A DNA stretch of 64,000 nucleotides from an uncultured Solirubrobacterales bacterium (GCA_963821895.1 CAWGFQ010000007.1:60203-124202), one strand, 5' to 3'. Numbered from the stretch's first letter, positions 8,199 through 18,760 are shown. Notes: generated by a model from the letters alone, not told the origin. Translations and numbers: made by a program.

Positions 8199-9482
8199 GT
8201 GTCCTTCAGGAGCCGCACTTTCGCAACTGCGCTGCTGCTTTTGGCGCTCGGGGTCGGGACGCTCGGCGGAGGGGAGGCGTTTGGGGCATCCAAGCCTCCT
8301 GCGCTCCCCAACGACCCCGCGCTGAGCACCCCCGAGAGCGCTCCGGGCACCCCTCCGGGCACGCCGATCGAGTGGTGGGCGCTGCGCGAGGGCTTTCCGC
8401 AGGCGTGGCGCCTCACCCACGGCGACGGCGCCCTTGTAGGGGTGATCGACTCCGGCGTCGATCCCTCAAGCCCCGATCTCGTCGGCAAGATCGCCTACGC
8501 GCACGACATCGACAGCGAACCGGACGAAGGCACCGCCACCGTCGATCGCTCCGGGCACGGCACGCACGTCGCCGGGCTGGCCTGCGCCGACACCGACAAC
8601 GGCATCGGCCTTGCGGCAGCCGGCTACGGGTGCCACCTGCTGATCGAGAAAAGCGACCTCACCGAGGCCAGTGTCGCGCAGTCGATCCTTGACGCCGTCA
8701 ACCACGGCGCGCAGGCGATCAACATGAGCTTCGGCACCGCCGGCTTCCAAGCGCCGCCGCCGCAGCTCACCGAAGCGGTGCGCTACGCCTACCGCCACAA
8801 CGTCGTGCTCGTGGCGGCCGCCGCGGATGAACCCGTCAACGAGCAGGGCGATCCCGGCGACGTGCTGCAGCCGCCCGGCAGCGCCCCGCATCTGGGGGAG
8901 GGGCTCGGCATCACCGTCACCTCCGCCGACTTCGCCGGGCGGCGCTCGGCCTTCGCCGGTTGGGGCAGCGAGATCTCGATGGCCGCCTACGGCTCCTTCG
9001 CCGGCCCCGGCTATGAAGAAGGCGGGCCGCCCGGCATCTTCAGCACGTTCCCCGCCAACCCCACGTTCATCGAGCAGGGCTCGCTGCAATCCCAAGAGCC
9101 GCCCTGCACGTTCTGCCGCACGACGCTCGACGGCGAAGACCGCTACGCCTACCTCACCGGCACCTCGATGGCCGCGCCGCAAGTCACGGGCGCCGCGGCG
9201 CTGATCCGCAGCGTGGCGCCCAGCCTCAGCGCGGCCGAGGTGATCAGGCTGCTGGAGACGACCGCCCGGCGCCCGCCCGGGAGCGGCTGGAGCTCGGAAG
9301 TGGGCTGGGGGATCCTCGACGCGGGCGCCGCGGTTTCGGCGGCGTGGGCGCTGACTCACCCCGCGCCAGCGAAACAAGCACGGCGAGCTCATGGGCGATA
9401 CTCGCCCCCAGCGACTCAATGTCACGCAGCGCATCGAAATCGCCGAGCAGGCCGAAATTCATCTGGCCGTTGTAAGACATGA
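8199..9482 (+). CDS. Secreted subtilisin-like S8 serine peptidase
   Basis: Signal peptide and catalytic triad motifs VIDSG, HGTHVAG and GTSMAAP. Confidence 0.92.
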   Translation: MSFRSRTFATALLLLALGVGTLGGGEAFGASKPPALPNDPALSTPESAPGTPPGTPIEWWALREGFPQAWRLTHGDGALVGVIDSGVDPSSPDLVGKIAYAHDIDSEPDEGTATVDRSGHGTHVAGLACADTDNGIGLAAAGYGCHLLIEKSDLTEASVAQSILDAVNHGAQAINMSFGTAGFQAPPPQLTEAVRYAYRHNVVLVAAAADEPVNEQGDPGDVLQPPGSAPHLGEGLGITVTSADFAGRRSAFAGWGSEISMAAYGSFAGPGYEEGGPPGIFSTFPANPTFIEQGSLQSQEPPCTFCRTTLDGEDRYAYLTGTSMAAPQVTGAAALIRSVAPSLSAAEVIRLLETTARRPPGSGWSSEVGWGILDAGAAVSAAWALTHPAPAKQARRAHGRYSPPATQCHAAHRNRRAGRNSSGRCKT

Positions 9483-10758
9483 TCGCCACCGCCAGCGCGT
9501 GGTGCTCGGGCAGAAACGCCACCGGGTAGGCCTCGAGCATCCTGCGCCCCAGCACATACAGCGGGAACTGGGGCCCCGGCACGTTGGTGACGATCAGGTT
9601 GAACAGGCGCGTACTGAAGTTCAAGCGCGAGGCCTGCGCGAGGATCGTCGGCGGCGCGAAGTTCTGCGCGCCCGCGATCATCTCCGCGCCCAGCGCCTGC
9701 TTTGACTCCTTCAGCCCGTCCATCGCCTCCTTCACAAAGCGCAGGCGCGCTTCGGGGTCTGAGATGTAGACGGGCAGCGGGCCGCGCATCACCACGATGC
9801 GGTTGCCCAGGTCCTCGTGCTCGTCGCGGCCGCGCACCGACACCGGCACCAGCGCGCGCAGCTCAAGGCCCTCCGTGCGCACGCCGCGCGCGATCAGGAA
9901 GCTGCGCAGCGCGCCCGTCACCACCGCCAGCACCACGTCGTTGACGGTGCAGCCGAAGGCGTTCTTCACCACCTTGAAGTCCTCCAGCGAGCTGCCCACC
10001 CCCACGAAGCGGCGGTGCGGGCCGATGTCCACATTCAGCGGGCTCGGCGGCGCCGGGTTCAGGCCCGCCCACACCAGCTCGCCGATGCCCTCCGCCGCCT
10101 CGCGCGCCTGCGCGAGCGCGCGGTCGGGGTGCGTGAGCGCCTCAAGCGTGTTGCCCACCAGCTCAAGCCCCGCCCGCGCCGCGCTGCGCAACCCGGCGCC
10201 GATCAGGTCCGCCGCGTTCGGTTCGCGGTGGGGCTGCCACGGGCGCCCGTTGTGTTTCACCGGCGGCGGGTCGGGGGAGACGTCGAACAGCACCGTCGCC
10301 AGGTCGATCCCCGCGATGCCGTCGATCAGCGAGTGGTGGGTCTTTGAGATAAGCGCGAAGCGACCCTCTTTCAGGCCCTCGATCAGCCACATCTCCCACA
10401 GCGGCTTGCTGCGGTCCAGGCGCTGGCTGAAGATGCGCGCGGTCAGGCTTTGCAGCTGCTCCCAGCCGCCCGGCGCCGGCAGCGCGGTGTGGCGTACGTG
10501 GTACGCGAGGTTGAAGTTCGGATCGTCGATCCACACCGGCCGGCCGCTGTCGAGCGCGGTGTGCGAGTGCGCCAGCTTGTGGCGGTAGCGCGGCACCAGG
10601 TGCAGACGCCAGCGGATCTGCTCCAAGAACTCGTCAAACGCCGGCGGCGGGCCTTCCAGGATCGTCAGACCGCCCACGTGCATGTGCGAGTGCGCCCCCT
10701 CCTGGTGCAGGAATGAGGCATCGACGGCGGTCAGACGATCGAGATGGCGCTGGGGCAT
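9244..10758 (-). CDS. Wax ester synthase / diacylglycerol acyltransferase
   Basis: DASFL N-terminus, LDRSKPLWE, catalytic HHSLIDG, TVNDV and TNVPGP. Confidence 0.95.
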   Translation of the reverse strand: MPQRHLDRLTAVDASFLHQEGAHSHMHVGGLTILEGPPPAFDEFLEQIRWRLHLVPRYRHKLAHSHTALDSGRPVWIDDPNFNLAYHVRHTALPAPGGWEQLQSLTARIFSQRLDRSKPLWEMWLIEGLKEGRFALISKTHHSLIDGIAGIDLATVLFDVSPDPPPVKHNGRPWQPHREPNAADLIGAGLRSAARAGLELVGNTLEALTHPDRALAQAREAAEGIGELVWAGLNPAPPSPLNVDIGPHRRFVGVGSSLEDFKVVKNAFGCTVNDVVLAVVTGALRSFLIARGVRTEGLELRALVPVSVRGRDEHEDLGNRIVVMRGPLPVYISDPEARLRFVKEAMDGLKESKQALGAEMIAGAQNFAPPTILAQASRLNFSTRLFNLIVTNVPGPQFPLYVLGRRMLEAYPVAFLPEHHALAVAIMSYNGQMNFGLLGDFDALRDIESLGASIAHELAVLVSLARGESAPTPPKPRRPRRGSPSPLPSSSRSRAGAGRSSPAA

Positions 10759-10784
10759 GGGGGATAGAGCCTACAATGCGAATC

Positions 10785-11798
10785 GTGAGCCAACCGGCGA
10801 CGGCACCATCCGACGTGCACAACAGCGTGCAGCAGGTCCTGCTCGCGGCCCCACGCGGCTACTGCGCGGGCGTGCTGCGCGCGGTGCAGACGGTCGAGCG
10901 GGCTCTGCAGCTGCACGGGCCGCCGGTGTATGTGCGGCGCGAGATCGTGCACAACAAACGCGTCGTTGAGCAGCTGCGCGAGCAGGGCGCGATCTTCGTC
11001 GAGCAGGAGACCGAAATCCCCGAGGGGGCGATCGCCGTGTTCTCCGCGCACGGCGTGGCGCCCAGCGTGCGCGAGAACGCGCAGGGCCTGGGCCTGCGCA
11101 CGATCGACGCCACCTGCCCGCTCGTCACGAAGGTCCACCGCGAGGCGCTGCGCTTCGCGCAGGACGGCTACACGATCGTGCTCGTCGGCCACGAGGGCCA
11201 CGAGGAGGTCGAAGGCACGATGGGCGAGGCGCCAGAGCACATCGTGCTCGTGCAGAGCGAGGAGGACGTCGATGCGCTGGCGATCGAAGACCCCGAGCGC
11301 GTGGCCTACGTCACGCAGACCACCCTCTCGGTCGAGGAAACCGGCGCGATCGTCGCGCGCCTGAAAGAGCGCTTCCCCGCCATCACCGGCCCGCGCACGG
11401 ATGACATCTGCTACGCCACCACCAATCGCCAGATGGCCGTCAAGGAGCTGGCCGGCAAGTGCGATCTTTTGCTCGTGCTCGGCTCGCGCAACTCGTCGAA
11501 CTCGCTGCGCCTGGTCGAGGTCGCGCGCCTGTGCGGCACCGAGTCGCACCTGATCGACGACAAGACCGAGGTGCTCGAGGAGTGGCTTGAGGGCAAGCGC
11601 GTGGTGGGCATCTCCTCCGGCGCCAGCGCGCCCGAGTCGCTCGTGGAGGACCTCGTCGATTTCTTCCGTGTGCGCGGGGTGAACGACGTCTCCACGCTGC
11701 TGACCGTCAGCGAGGACGTGCGCTTCATGCTGCCCAAGGAGATTCGCGCCGTCGTGCCGGCCGCCCGCAAGGCGATCCCCGCCGGCGGGGACTCCTAG
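10785..11798 (+). CDS. ispH: 4-hydroxy-3-methylbut-2-enyl diphosphate reductase
   Basis: PRGYCAGV, IVHN, SAHGV, DATCPLVTKVH, QTT, DICYAT and SSNS. The start was placed at the GTG 7 nt after TACAAT. Confidence 0.96.
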   Translation: MSQPATAPSDVHNSVQQVLLAAPRGYCAGVLRAVQTVERALQLHGPPVYVRREIVHNKRVVEQLREQGAIFVEQETEIPEGAIAVFSAHGVAPSVRENAQGLGLRTIDATCPLVTKVHREALRFAQDGYTIVLVGHEGHEEVEGTMGEAPEHIVLVQSEEDVDALAIEDPERVAYVTQTTLSVEETGAIVARLKERFPAITGPRTDDICYATTNRQMAVKELAGKCDLLLVLGSRNSSNSLRLVEVARLCGTESHLIDDKTEVLEEWLEGKRVVGISSGASAPESLVEDLVDFFRVRGVNDVSTLLTVSEDVRFMLPKEIRAVVPAARKAIPAGGDS

Positions 11799-11822
11799 AC
11801 ACCGCGCGTTGCATATACAGGC

Positions 11823-12959
11823 GTGCGCACACTGATCGTCTCCGACCTGCACCTCGGCAGCGCCACGCGCGTCGATGTGCTGAGCCACCCCGAGGGGCGC
11901 GACGCGCTGCTCGGCGCGCTCGACGGCATCGACCGTCTCGTGCTGCTGGGCGACGTGCTCGAGCTGCGCCACGGCCCCCGCCGTGGCGCGATGGCCGCCG
12001 CGCGGCCGTTCTTCGAAGCGCTCGGGGATGCCTTCGCGGGCCGTGAGGTGGTGGTGCTCGCCGGCAACCACGACCATGCGCTCGTGGAGCCGTGGCTGGC
12101 GCGTCGCGCCACGCTCGCCGCGCCCGAGCCGCTCGGCATCGAGCAGCGCTTTGCCCCCGAGGACGCCTCGCCGATGCTGGCTCAGCTTGCGGAGTGGGCT
12201 GCGGGCGCGAAGGTGTCCTGCGCCTACCCCGGCCTGTGGGTGCGGCCTGACGTGTACGCCACGCACGGGCACCAGCTCGACTGCCACATGCGCATCCCCA
12301 CGATGGAGCGGCTGGGCATCGGCATGGTCGCGCGCATGCAGCATCGCCCCGTGGGCACGATCGCCGGCCCCGACGACTACGAGGCGCTCACCTCCCCGAT
12401 CTACGCCTGGATCGACGCGATGGCTCAGCAGGCGCGCACGGGCGGCGCGCTCAACGGCCAGGGCACCGTGCACGCCTGGCGCACGCTCGGCGGCGACAGC
12501 AATTGGAAGCCCGACAGCCGGCGCATCGCGCTGCGCAACCGGATGCTCGCGGGCGGCTTCCCGCTCGCCGTCGCCGGACTCAACCGCATGGGCCTGGGGC
12601 CGCTGCAGTCGGACATCTCCGGGCCCGAGCTGCGCCGTGCGGCGCTACTGGCGATGGGCGAGGTCGCCACGCGCGTGGGGGTCGGCGGCGAGGGCGGGCA
12701 CGTGATCTTCGGACACACCCACCGCACGGGCCCGCTGCCGCGCGACGCCGCGCACGAGTGGCGCACCCCTGGCGGCGCGCAGCTGCACAACTGCGGCTGC
12801 TGGACCTACGACAGCTACTTCCTCGAAGGCCAGCCCCCGAGCAACCCCTACTGGCCCGGCGGCGCCGTGCTCGTCGATGATGAAGGCCCGCCCGCCCCGC
12901 CCAAGCTGCTGCGGCTGATCTCCAGCAGCTCCTGGATCGCCAGCTCCGTTTCGTCGTAG
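11823..12959 (+). CDS. Calcineurin-like metallophosphoesterase
   Basis: SDLHLG, LGD, GNHD, HGH and FGHTH motifs. Confidence 0.9.
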   Translation: MRTLIVSDLHLGSATRVDVLSHPEGRDALLGALDGIDRLVLLGDVLELRHGPRRGAMAAARPFFEALGDAFAGREVVVLAGNHDHALVEPWLARRATLAAPEPLGIEQRFAPEDASPMLAQLAEWAAGAKVSCAYPGLWVRPDVYATHGHQLDCHMRIPTMERLGIGMVARMQHRPVGTIAGPDDYEALTSPIYAWIDAMAQQARTGGALNGQGTVHAWRTLGGDSNWKPDSRRIALRNRMLAGGFPLAVAGLNRMGLGPLQSDISGPELRRAALLAMGEVATRVGVGGEGGHVIFGHTHRTGPLPRDAAHEWRTPGGAQLHNCGCWTYDSYFLEGQPPSNPYWPGGAVLVDDEGPPAPPKLLRLISSSSWIASSVSS

Positions 12960-13366
12960 GCGCCTTCGCCGTAGTGGTAGTCGTACAGCATGCCGTTGCC
13001 GTCGAACAGATACCGCGCCGGCCAGCCCTTGTTCTCGTACTCCTGCCACATCTCAAGGTCCGGGTCCAGCAGCACCGGATATGCGATGCCCAGCCGCTTG
13101 ACGGCCGCTTCGACCGCGGCGCGGTTGCGTGAGCGCTCGAACCCTGGCGAGTGGATGCCGATGACCTGCAGGCCGTCGGCCTCGTAGCGCTCGTGCCACG
13201 CCTTCATGTAGGGGAGCGTGTTGAGCGAGTAGGAGCGGCAGAAGTCCCAGAACTCCACCAGCACCGGCCGCCCGCGCAGCTTGTCCAGGCGCACCCGGGG
13301 TACGTTGACCCACTTCAGGTGCGCCGGGAACGGCGGCGCGGGGATCGTGTCTACCGGGGCACGCAA
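12848..13366 (-). CDS. DipZ/TlpA-like redoxin-fold protein lacking an intact CxxC
   Basis: LRGRPVLVEFWDFCRSYSLNTLPYMKAWHERY...GIHSPGF...WPARYL...GEGAY matches the DipZ thioredoxin domain, but has only one Cys. Confidence 0.8.
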   Translation of the reverse strand: MRAPVDTIPAPPFPAHLKWVNVPRVRLDKLRGRPVLVEFWDFCRSYSLNTLPYMKAWHERYEADGLQVIGIHSPGFERSRNRAAVEAAVKRLGIAYPVLLDPDLEMWQEYENKGWPARYLFDGNGMLYDYHYGEGAYDETELAIQELLEISRSSLGGAGGPSSSTSTAPPGQ

Positions 13367-13388
13367 GGCTGGTGGCCTGCTTCGCGCC

Positions 13389-14789
13389 TCAGCCGATCGA
13401 GCCGATCATCTCCAGCTGGATCAGCCGGTTCAGCTCGACGGCGTACTCCATCGGCAGCTCCTTCGTCACGGGCTCGATGAAGCCGTTGACGATCATCGCC
13501 GCGGCCTCGTCCTCCGTGAAGCCGCGCGAGCCCATGTAGAAGAGCTGGTCGTCTGAGATCCTGCCCACGGTCGCCTCGTGGGCGACGGTCACGTGGGGGT
13601 TCTGGATCTGGATGTCCGGCCACGTGTCGCTGCGCGATTCCCCGTCCATCATCAGGCCGTCGCACTGCACACGGGCCTTGCTGCCTGCGCTGTTGTGTCC
13701 CATGCGCACGAGGCCCCTGTAGCCCATGATCCCTCCGTCCTTGGAGATCGACTTGGCGAGGATGTTCGAGGTGGTGTTCGGCGCCAGGTGCACGACCTTC
13801 GCGCCGGTGTCCTTATGCACGCCCTTGCCCGCGACGCCGACGTTGAGGTGGTCGGCGCGCGCGCCCTCGCCCATCAGGAACGAGCCGGGGTAGAGCATCA
13901 CGTACTTCGCGCCCATCGAGCCGCCGACCCACTCCACGGTCCCGTGCGCGTCCACCACGGCGCGCTTGGTGTTGAGGTTGTAGACGTCCTTGCTCCAGTT
14001 CTGCACCGTCGTGTAGCGCGCCTTGGCGCCCTCGTGCACGAAGATCTCGACGACCGCGCTGTGCATCGAGTTGACGCTGTAGGTCTGCGCGGTGCAGCCC
14101 TCGATGTAGTTGACCTCTGCGCCCTCCTCGGCCACGATCAGCGTGTGCTCGAAGGTGCCCTCGCCCGCCCCCTCCATACGGAAGTAGCTCTGCAAGGGTA
14201 GGTCGCACTTGACGCCCTTGGGGATGTAGCAGAAGGCGCCGCCGCTCCAGACTGCGCCGTGCAGCGCCGAGAACTTGTTGTCCTGCGGGGGGACGCACTT
14301 GTTCATGAAGTACTTCTGCACCAGGTCGGGGTACTCCGTGACGGCCGTGTCCATCGAGCAGAAGAGGATCCCCTGCTTGGCGTACTGCTCCTTGAGGCCC
14401 TCATACACCGGCTCCTGGCGCCACACCCCAACGACGCCGGCGAGGTGCTCGCGCTCGGCCTGGGGGATGCCCAGGTCCTCGTAGGTCTGCTTCATCTCCG
14501 CCGGCACGTCGTCCCAGCTGTCGTAGCGCCCGGCCGTGGGCGGCGAGTAGAGCACCAGGTCGTCCAGGTTGAGCCCGCTCAGGTCTGGCCCCCACGTCGG
14601 GATCGGCTTGCGCTCGAAGATCTCAAGCGCCTTCACGCGCTTCTCCGCCATCCACTGCGGCTCGCCCTTGATCTTCGACAGCTCGCTGATCACCTCGCGC
14701 GAGATGCCCTGGCGCGCGCGTAGCTGCCCCTGCTCGTCCTCGACGATCGGGCTGGGCTTGGTGATCCTGGTGCGGTCTGTGGTGGCCAT
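13389..14789 (-). CDS. sufB: Fe-S cluster assembly protein SufB
   Basis: DNKFSALHGAVWSGG, FEHTLI, YIEGCTA, HSAVVE, HEATVG and LPMEYAVELN. An AAGGAG RBS precedes ATG 14789, with TACAAT on the minus strand at 14840-14845. Confidence 0.96.
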   Translation of the reverse strand: MATTDRTRITKPSPIVEDEQGQLRARQGISREVISELSKIKGEPQWMAEKRVKALEIFERKPIPTWGPDLSGLNLDDLVLYSPPTAGRYDSWDDVPAEMKQTYEDLGIPQAEREHLAGVVGVWRQEPVYEGLKEQYAKQGILFCSMDTAVTEYPDLVQKYFMNKCVPPQDNKFSALHGAVWSGGAFCYIPKGVKCDLPLQSYFRMEGAGEGTFEHTLIVAEEGAEVNYIEGCTAQTYSVNSMHSAVVEIFVHEGAKARYTTVQNWSKDVYNLNTKRAVVDAHGTVEWVGGSMGAKYVMLYPGSFLMGEGARADHLNVGVAGKGVHKDTGAKVVHLAPNTTSNILAKSISKDGGIMGYRGLVRMGHNSAGSKARVQCDGLMMDGESRSDTWPDIQIQNPHVTVAHEATVGRISDDQLFYMGSRGFTEDEAAAMIVNGFIEPVTKELPMEYAVELNRLIQLEMIGSIG

Positions 14790-14914
14790 CTTGCTCCTTT
14801 GCCTGGGGGCGGTGGGGAATCCCGTGCTGCGCGCTAGGAATTGTATCGCAGCGGCTGGCCGCCGTCGGCGACGCCCAGGATCGCCCCGCCCGGGCCAGCC
14901 TCTGCGATTGGGAC

Positions 14915-14943
14915 TTGACAATTGTTTGCGGAGGGTCTACAGT
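14915..14943 (+). promoter_or_regulatory. Sigma70-type promoter of surface-protein cassette 1
   Basis: TTGACA-N17-TACAGT. Confidence 0.75.
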
Positions 14944-15089
14944 GGTCTTCTAATGGGCGCCCTGAGTGGGGTGTCTGGACATAGGATCTTGTTTGGGTCG
15001 GTGTCTCTGTGGCCGGCTTTGACTGCATTCGCAGGGTTTTCTTGGGAGAGGGACGTGATCGCAAGTTTTATGAGGGAGATGTTGTTCGC

Positions 15090-15332
<243 letters not shown>

Positions 15333-16417
15333 TGCTTGCTCGCGTCATGGTGCTGGTCGCTGGGTTGTTGCTGGTCCTCGGATTGGTTGTGCCGGGCGCG
15401 GCGCTGGCGGGGGAAGGGTGTCCCAATGAACAGTTGCGCGCGGAAGACAACTCGCTGGGGCTGCCGGATTGCCGGGCGTTTGAGATGGTGACGCCGGTGG
15501 ATAAGAACAGCGCGTTGGTGGAACCTGTCGGGGAACCGACGGTGGCGGCGGATGGGTCGAGCCTGGCGGGCAAGAGTCTGGAAGCGTTTGCGGGGATCGC
15601 CAGTGTCGAAAATGGAGAAAAGGACTATCGTTTTACGCGGGGTGTGGGGGGTTGGGCGACGGCTCCGTTGACTCCGCCTGAAACCGGGCGTCTTTTGAGT
15701 ATCGGGGTTGGGGATTCGGTGTGGGGGCCGACGATTAATCGGTCTCCGACGCCGCAGCGGTTGCGGCTGGTTGCGGCGGATGGTTCGGTGAGTGAGATCG
15801 GGCCGGGCGCGGGTTTTGTCGGTGCTGCGGCGGAAGCGGTGAACGGGTTGCTGGTGACCGGCGATGAAGAAGGAGCAGCGTTTCGGTGGCCGTTCGATCC
15901 GACGTTGAGTGGGGGCGGCTTGTATGAGTACAGGGGCACGGGCAACACCGCGCCGACCCTGGTCGGTGTGAGTGGTGGCGCGGGGAGCACGGCGTTGATC
16001 GGCCAGTGTGGTACTGCGGCTGGTGGCCAGAACGATATCTCCGAAGACGGGTCGGTGGTGTTCTTCACGGCTACGGGCGCGGACAATAATGCTTGTGGTG
16101 GGGTGGAGCCTGCGGTGAACGAGTTGTTCGCGCGGATCGACGAGGACAGGACGGTCGCGATCTCCGAGCCCTCCGCGGCGGATTGCCCGTCGTGTGCCGA
16201 GGGCGTGCCGGCGGACGCGGTGTTCCAGGGCGCTTCCGCTGATGGGTCGAAGGTGTTCTTCGCGACGACGCAGCCGTTGTTGGGTCATGACGCGAGCGAG
16301 AACTTGTACGAGTACGATTTCGATCCTCCTGCGGGTCAGCCGAAGGTTGTGTGGAGTGCCCCCGCTTTGACGGACACCGGAAGCTAGGTCGTCTGGCCTG
16401 GCAGGAAGGATGTCTGT

Positions 16418-16720
16418 ATGGCGCCGAGGGGAATGGGCCGGGCGGGTTATCCGTCTGAGTTCAGGAAGGAGGCTGTCGAGCTGTATCGCAGCTCGGGGCA
16501 GTCGTTGACGGTGATCGCGCGGGAGCTTGGGATCGCGCTCGATACGTTGCGTGCGTGGGTCAAGCAGGCGGATGTCGATGTGGGTGTGCGTGAGGGTCTC
16601 ACTACGGGTGAGCGTGAGGAGCTCCGCGAGCTGCGCCAGAAGGTCAGGCGCCTTGAACAGGAGCGTGAGATCCTCAAGCGAGCCGCGGTCCTCTTCGCAG
16701 CGGAGACCGAGACCCGGTGA
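16418..16720 (+). CDS. IS3-family transposase OrfA (HTH + coiled coil)
   Basis: YPSEFRKEAVELY...IARELGI..TLRAWVKQ...ELRELRQKVRRLEQEREILKRA. Confidence 0.93.
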   Translation: MAPRGMGRAGYPSEFRKEAVELYRSSGQSLTVIARELGIALDTLRAWVKQADVDVGVREGLTTGEREELRELRQKVRRLEQEREILKRAAVLFAAETETR

Positions 16721-17610
16721 GTGTCTACCGGATGATCTCGGCGGAGAGGGCCAGCTTCCCGGTCTCCTTGATGTGCCAGGTTCTTGGCGTGTCCCGGTCG
16801 GGCTATTACGGGTGGGCGAATGGGGTGCCCAGCGATCGCACGTTGAGCGACGCGTGGCTGACTGAGAAGATCAGGGAGATCCACGAGCGCACCCGCGGGG
16901 TCTACGGTGCGCGGCGGGTGCACGCTGAGCTGCGCCTGGGTGAGGGCGTCCGTGTTTCGCGTAAACGGGTGGAGCGCTTGATGCGCAACGCTGGGCTATC
17001 TGGCTTGGTTACGCGCCGTCGGCGGGGTACGACGATCCGGGTGCCGGGCGTCAGGGTTGCTGATGACTTGGTCAAACGGCAGTTCACGCCTGCTGCTCCG
17101 AATGTTTTGTGGGTCGCTGACATCACGTATCTCCCGACATGGGAGGGCTGGCTCTACCTGGCTGCTGTGCAGGACGCGTTCTCGCGTCGGATCGTGGGCT
17201 GGTCGATGGCCGATCATATGCGGGCGGAGCTCGTCGTCGACGCGCTGCAGATGGGTGTCGCTCGACGTCGTCCAGAAGCGGGACTTGTACATCATTCCGA
17301 TCAGGGATCGCAATATGTGAGTCTGACCTTCGGCCAGCAAGCTGGGGACGCTGGGATCGCGGTGTCGATGGGTTCCAAGGGCGACTGCTTTGATAATGCC
17401 GTCGCTGAGAGCTTTTTCGCTACGATCAAAAAAGAGCTAATCAATCGCCGAGCATGGAAGACTCGCCGTGAACTCAGCAGCGAGGTCTTTGAGTACATCG
17501 AGACGTTCTACAACCGCAGCAGACGCCACTCAACACTCAACTACCTCTCCCCCGAAGACTACGAGAGCAACCACGACCAAGAACACGAGAGGGAGAACCA
17601 ACCAACCTAA
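16717..17610 (+). CDS. IS3-family transposase OrfB (DDE integrase core)
   Basis: YGARRV, WVADITY, HHSDQGSQY, DNAVAESFF and YNRSRRHSTL. Confidence 0.95.
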   Translation: MSVYRMISAERASFPVSLMCQVLGVSRSGYYGWANGVPSDRTLSDAWLTEKIREIHERTRGVYGARRVHAELRLGEGVRVSRKRVERLMRNAGLSGLVTRRRRGTTIRVPGVRVADDLVKRQFTPAAPNVLWVADITYLPTWEGWLYLAAVQDAFSRRIVGWSMADHMRAELVVDALQMGVARRRPEAGLVHHSDQGSQYVSLTFGQQAGDAGIAVSMGSKGDCFDNAVAESFFATIKKELINRRAWKTRRELSSEVFEYIETFYNRSRRHSTLNYLSPEDYESNHDQEHERENQPT

Positions 17611-18760
17611 TCAAGCGTGTCCGCAAAAGCGGGGGCACTCCAGTGCGTGTTTCGGCGGGGGATGGGAGCGTGTCGGAACCCACGGCTGAAGTGCAGGGCG
17701 TGATGAACATCTCGCAGGACGGGTCGCATGTCTATTTCTTCGCGAAGGGCGTGTTGAGCACGGCTGGGAACGCTGTGGGTGAACACGCGCAGCCGGGCGG
17801 CGAAAACTTCTATGTGTGGGAGCGCGATGCGGCGTACCCGGATGGTCGTACAGTGTTTATCACGGGGTGCGGTGACATCGGGAGCCGAGGAGGTGGAAGG
17901 CAGGTGACGCCGGATGGTCGTTTCCTGGTGTTCACGAGTGCTTGTCGTTTGACGGCGGGCGATACGAGCACCGGGCGTCAGGTGTTCCAGTACGACGCGC
18001 AGTCGGGCAGCATGACGCGTGTCTCGGTGGGGCTGGATGGTTATGACGATGGTGGGAACGTCACTGGCGAAGACCCTGACGGAAATCTGGACGCGAAGAT
18101 CGTTCTGCAATACGGTGGGCGTGGTGGTTCGCTTACGCGGACGATGTCTGATGATGGTTCGTTTGTGTTCTTTCAGAGCCCGGTGGGGTTGACGCCGGGT
18201 GCGCTCAACCTGGTGCAGATCGGGACTATCGAAGGCGCGAGCAACGGCAGCACTCCGTTTTTTGCGCAGAATGTGTATGAGTTTCATGATGGTCGTGTGT
18301 GGCTGGTTGGGAGCGACTCCTCACTCCCCGAACCCGAGAAGGGAGTGTTGGTTGGTGTGAGTGCGTCGGGTGGGGATGTGTTCTTCCGTACGGGCGACCG
18401 GCTGGTGGGGCAGGACACCGATACCCAGATTGATTTTTATGATGCGAGGGTCGATGGTGGGTTTCCGGCGCCCGTAACGCCCGTGGGATGTGTGGGGGAT
18501 GCGTGTCAGGGTTCGCCGTCGGTACCGCCGGTGTTTGGTGTGCCGTCGAGTGCGGTGTTCGCGGGTGGTGGGAATCTCGCGCCGGTGGTGTCTGCGCCGG
18601 TGGTGTCGGTGAAGAAGGCGTTGACGAGGGCGCAGAGGCTTGCGTTGGCGTTGAAGGCGTGTGTGAGGGAGCCCAGGCGTAGGCGGGCGGCGTGTGTGGT
18701 GCGGGCGAGACGGTCCTATGGCCGCTCCGCGAGGGCTGTGAAGAGCGATAGGAGGGGCGC

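Larger units (their letters stand above)
16352..17642 (+). mobile_element. IS3-family insertion sequence, 1291 bp
   Basis: 26-bp terminal IRs TGGAGTGCCCCCGCTTTGACGGACAC / GTGTCCGCAAAAGCGGGGGCACTCCA (2 mismatches, TG...CA ends), a 3-bp target duplication GTG (16349-51 and 17643-45), and orfA/orfB. Confidence 0.96.

Noticed and set aside
9340..9482. Basic two-Cys tail of the S8 peptidase as another copy of the cassette sorting motif
   Set aside because: It lacks the LA.ALKAC consensus and is dictated by the antisense WS/DGAT coding sequence.
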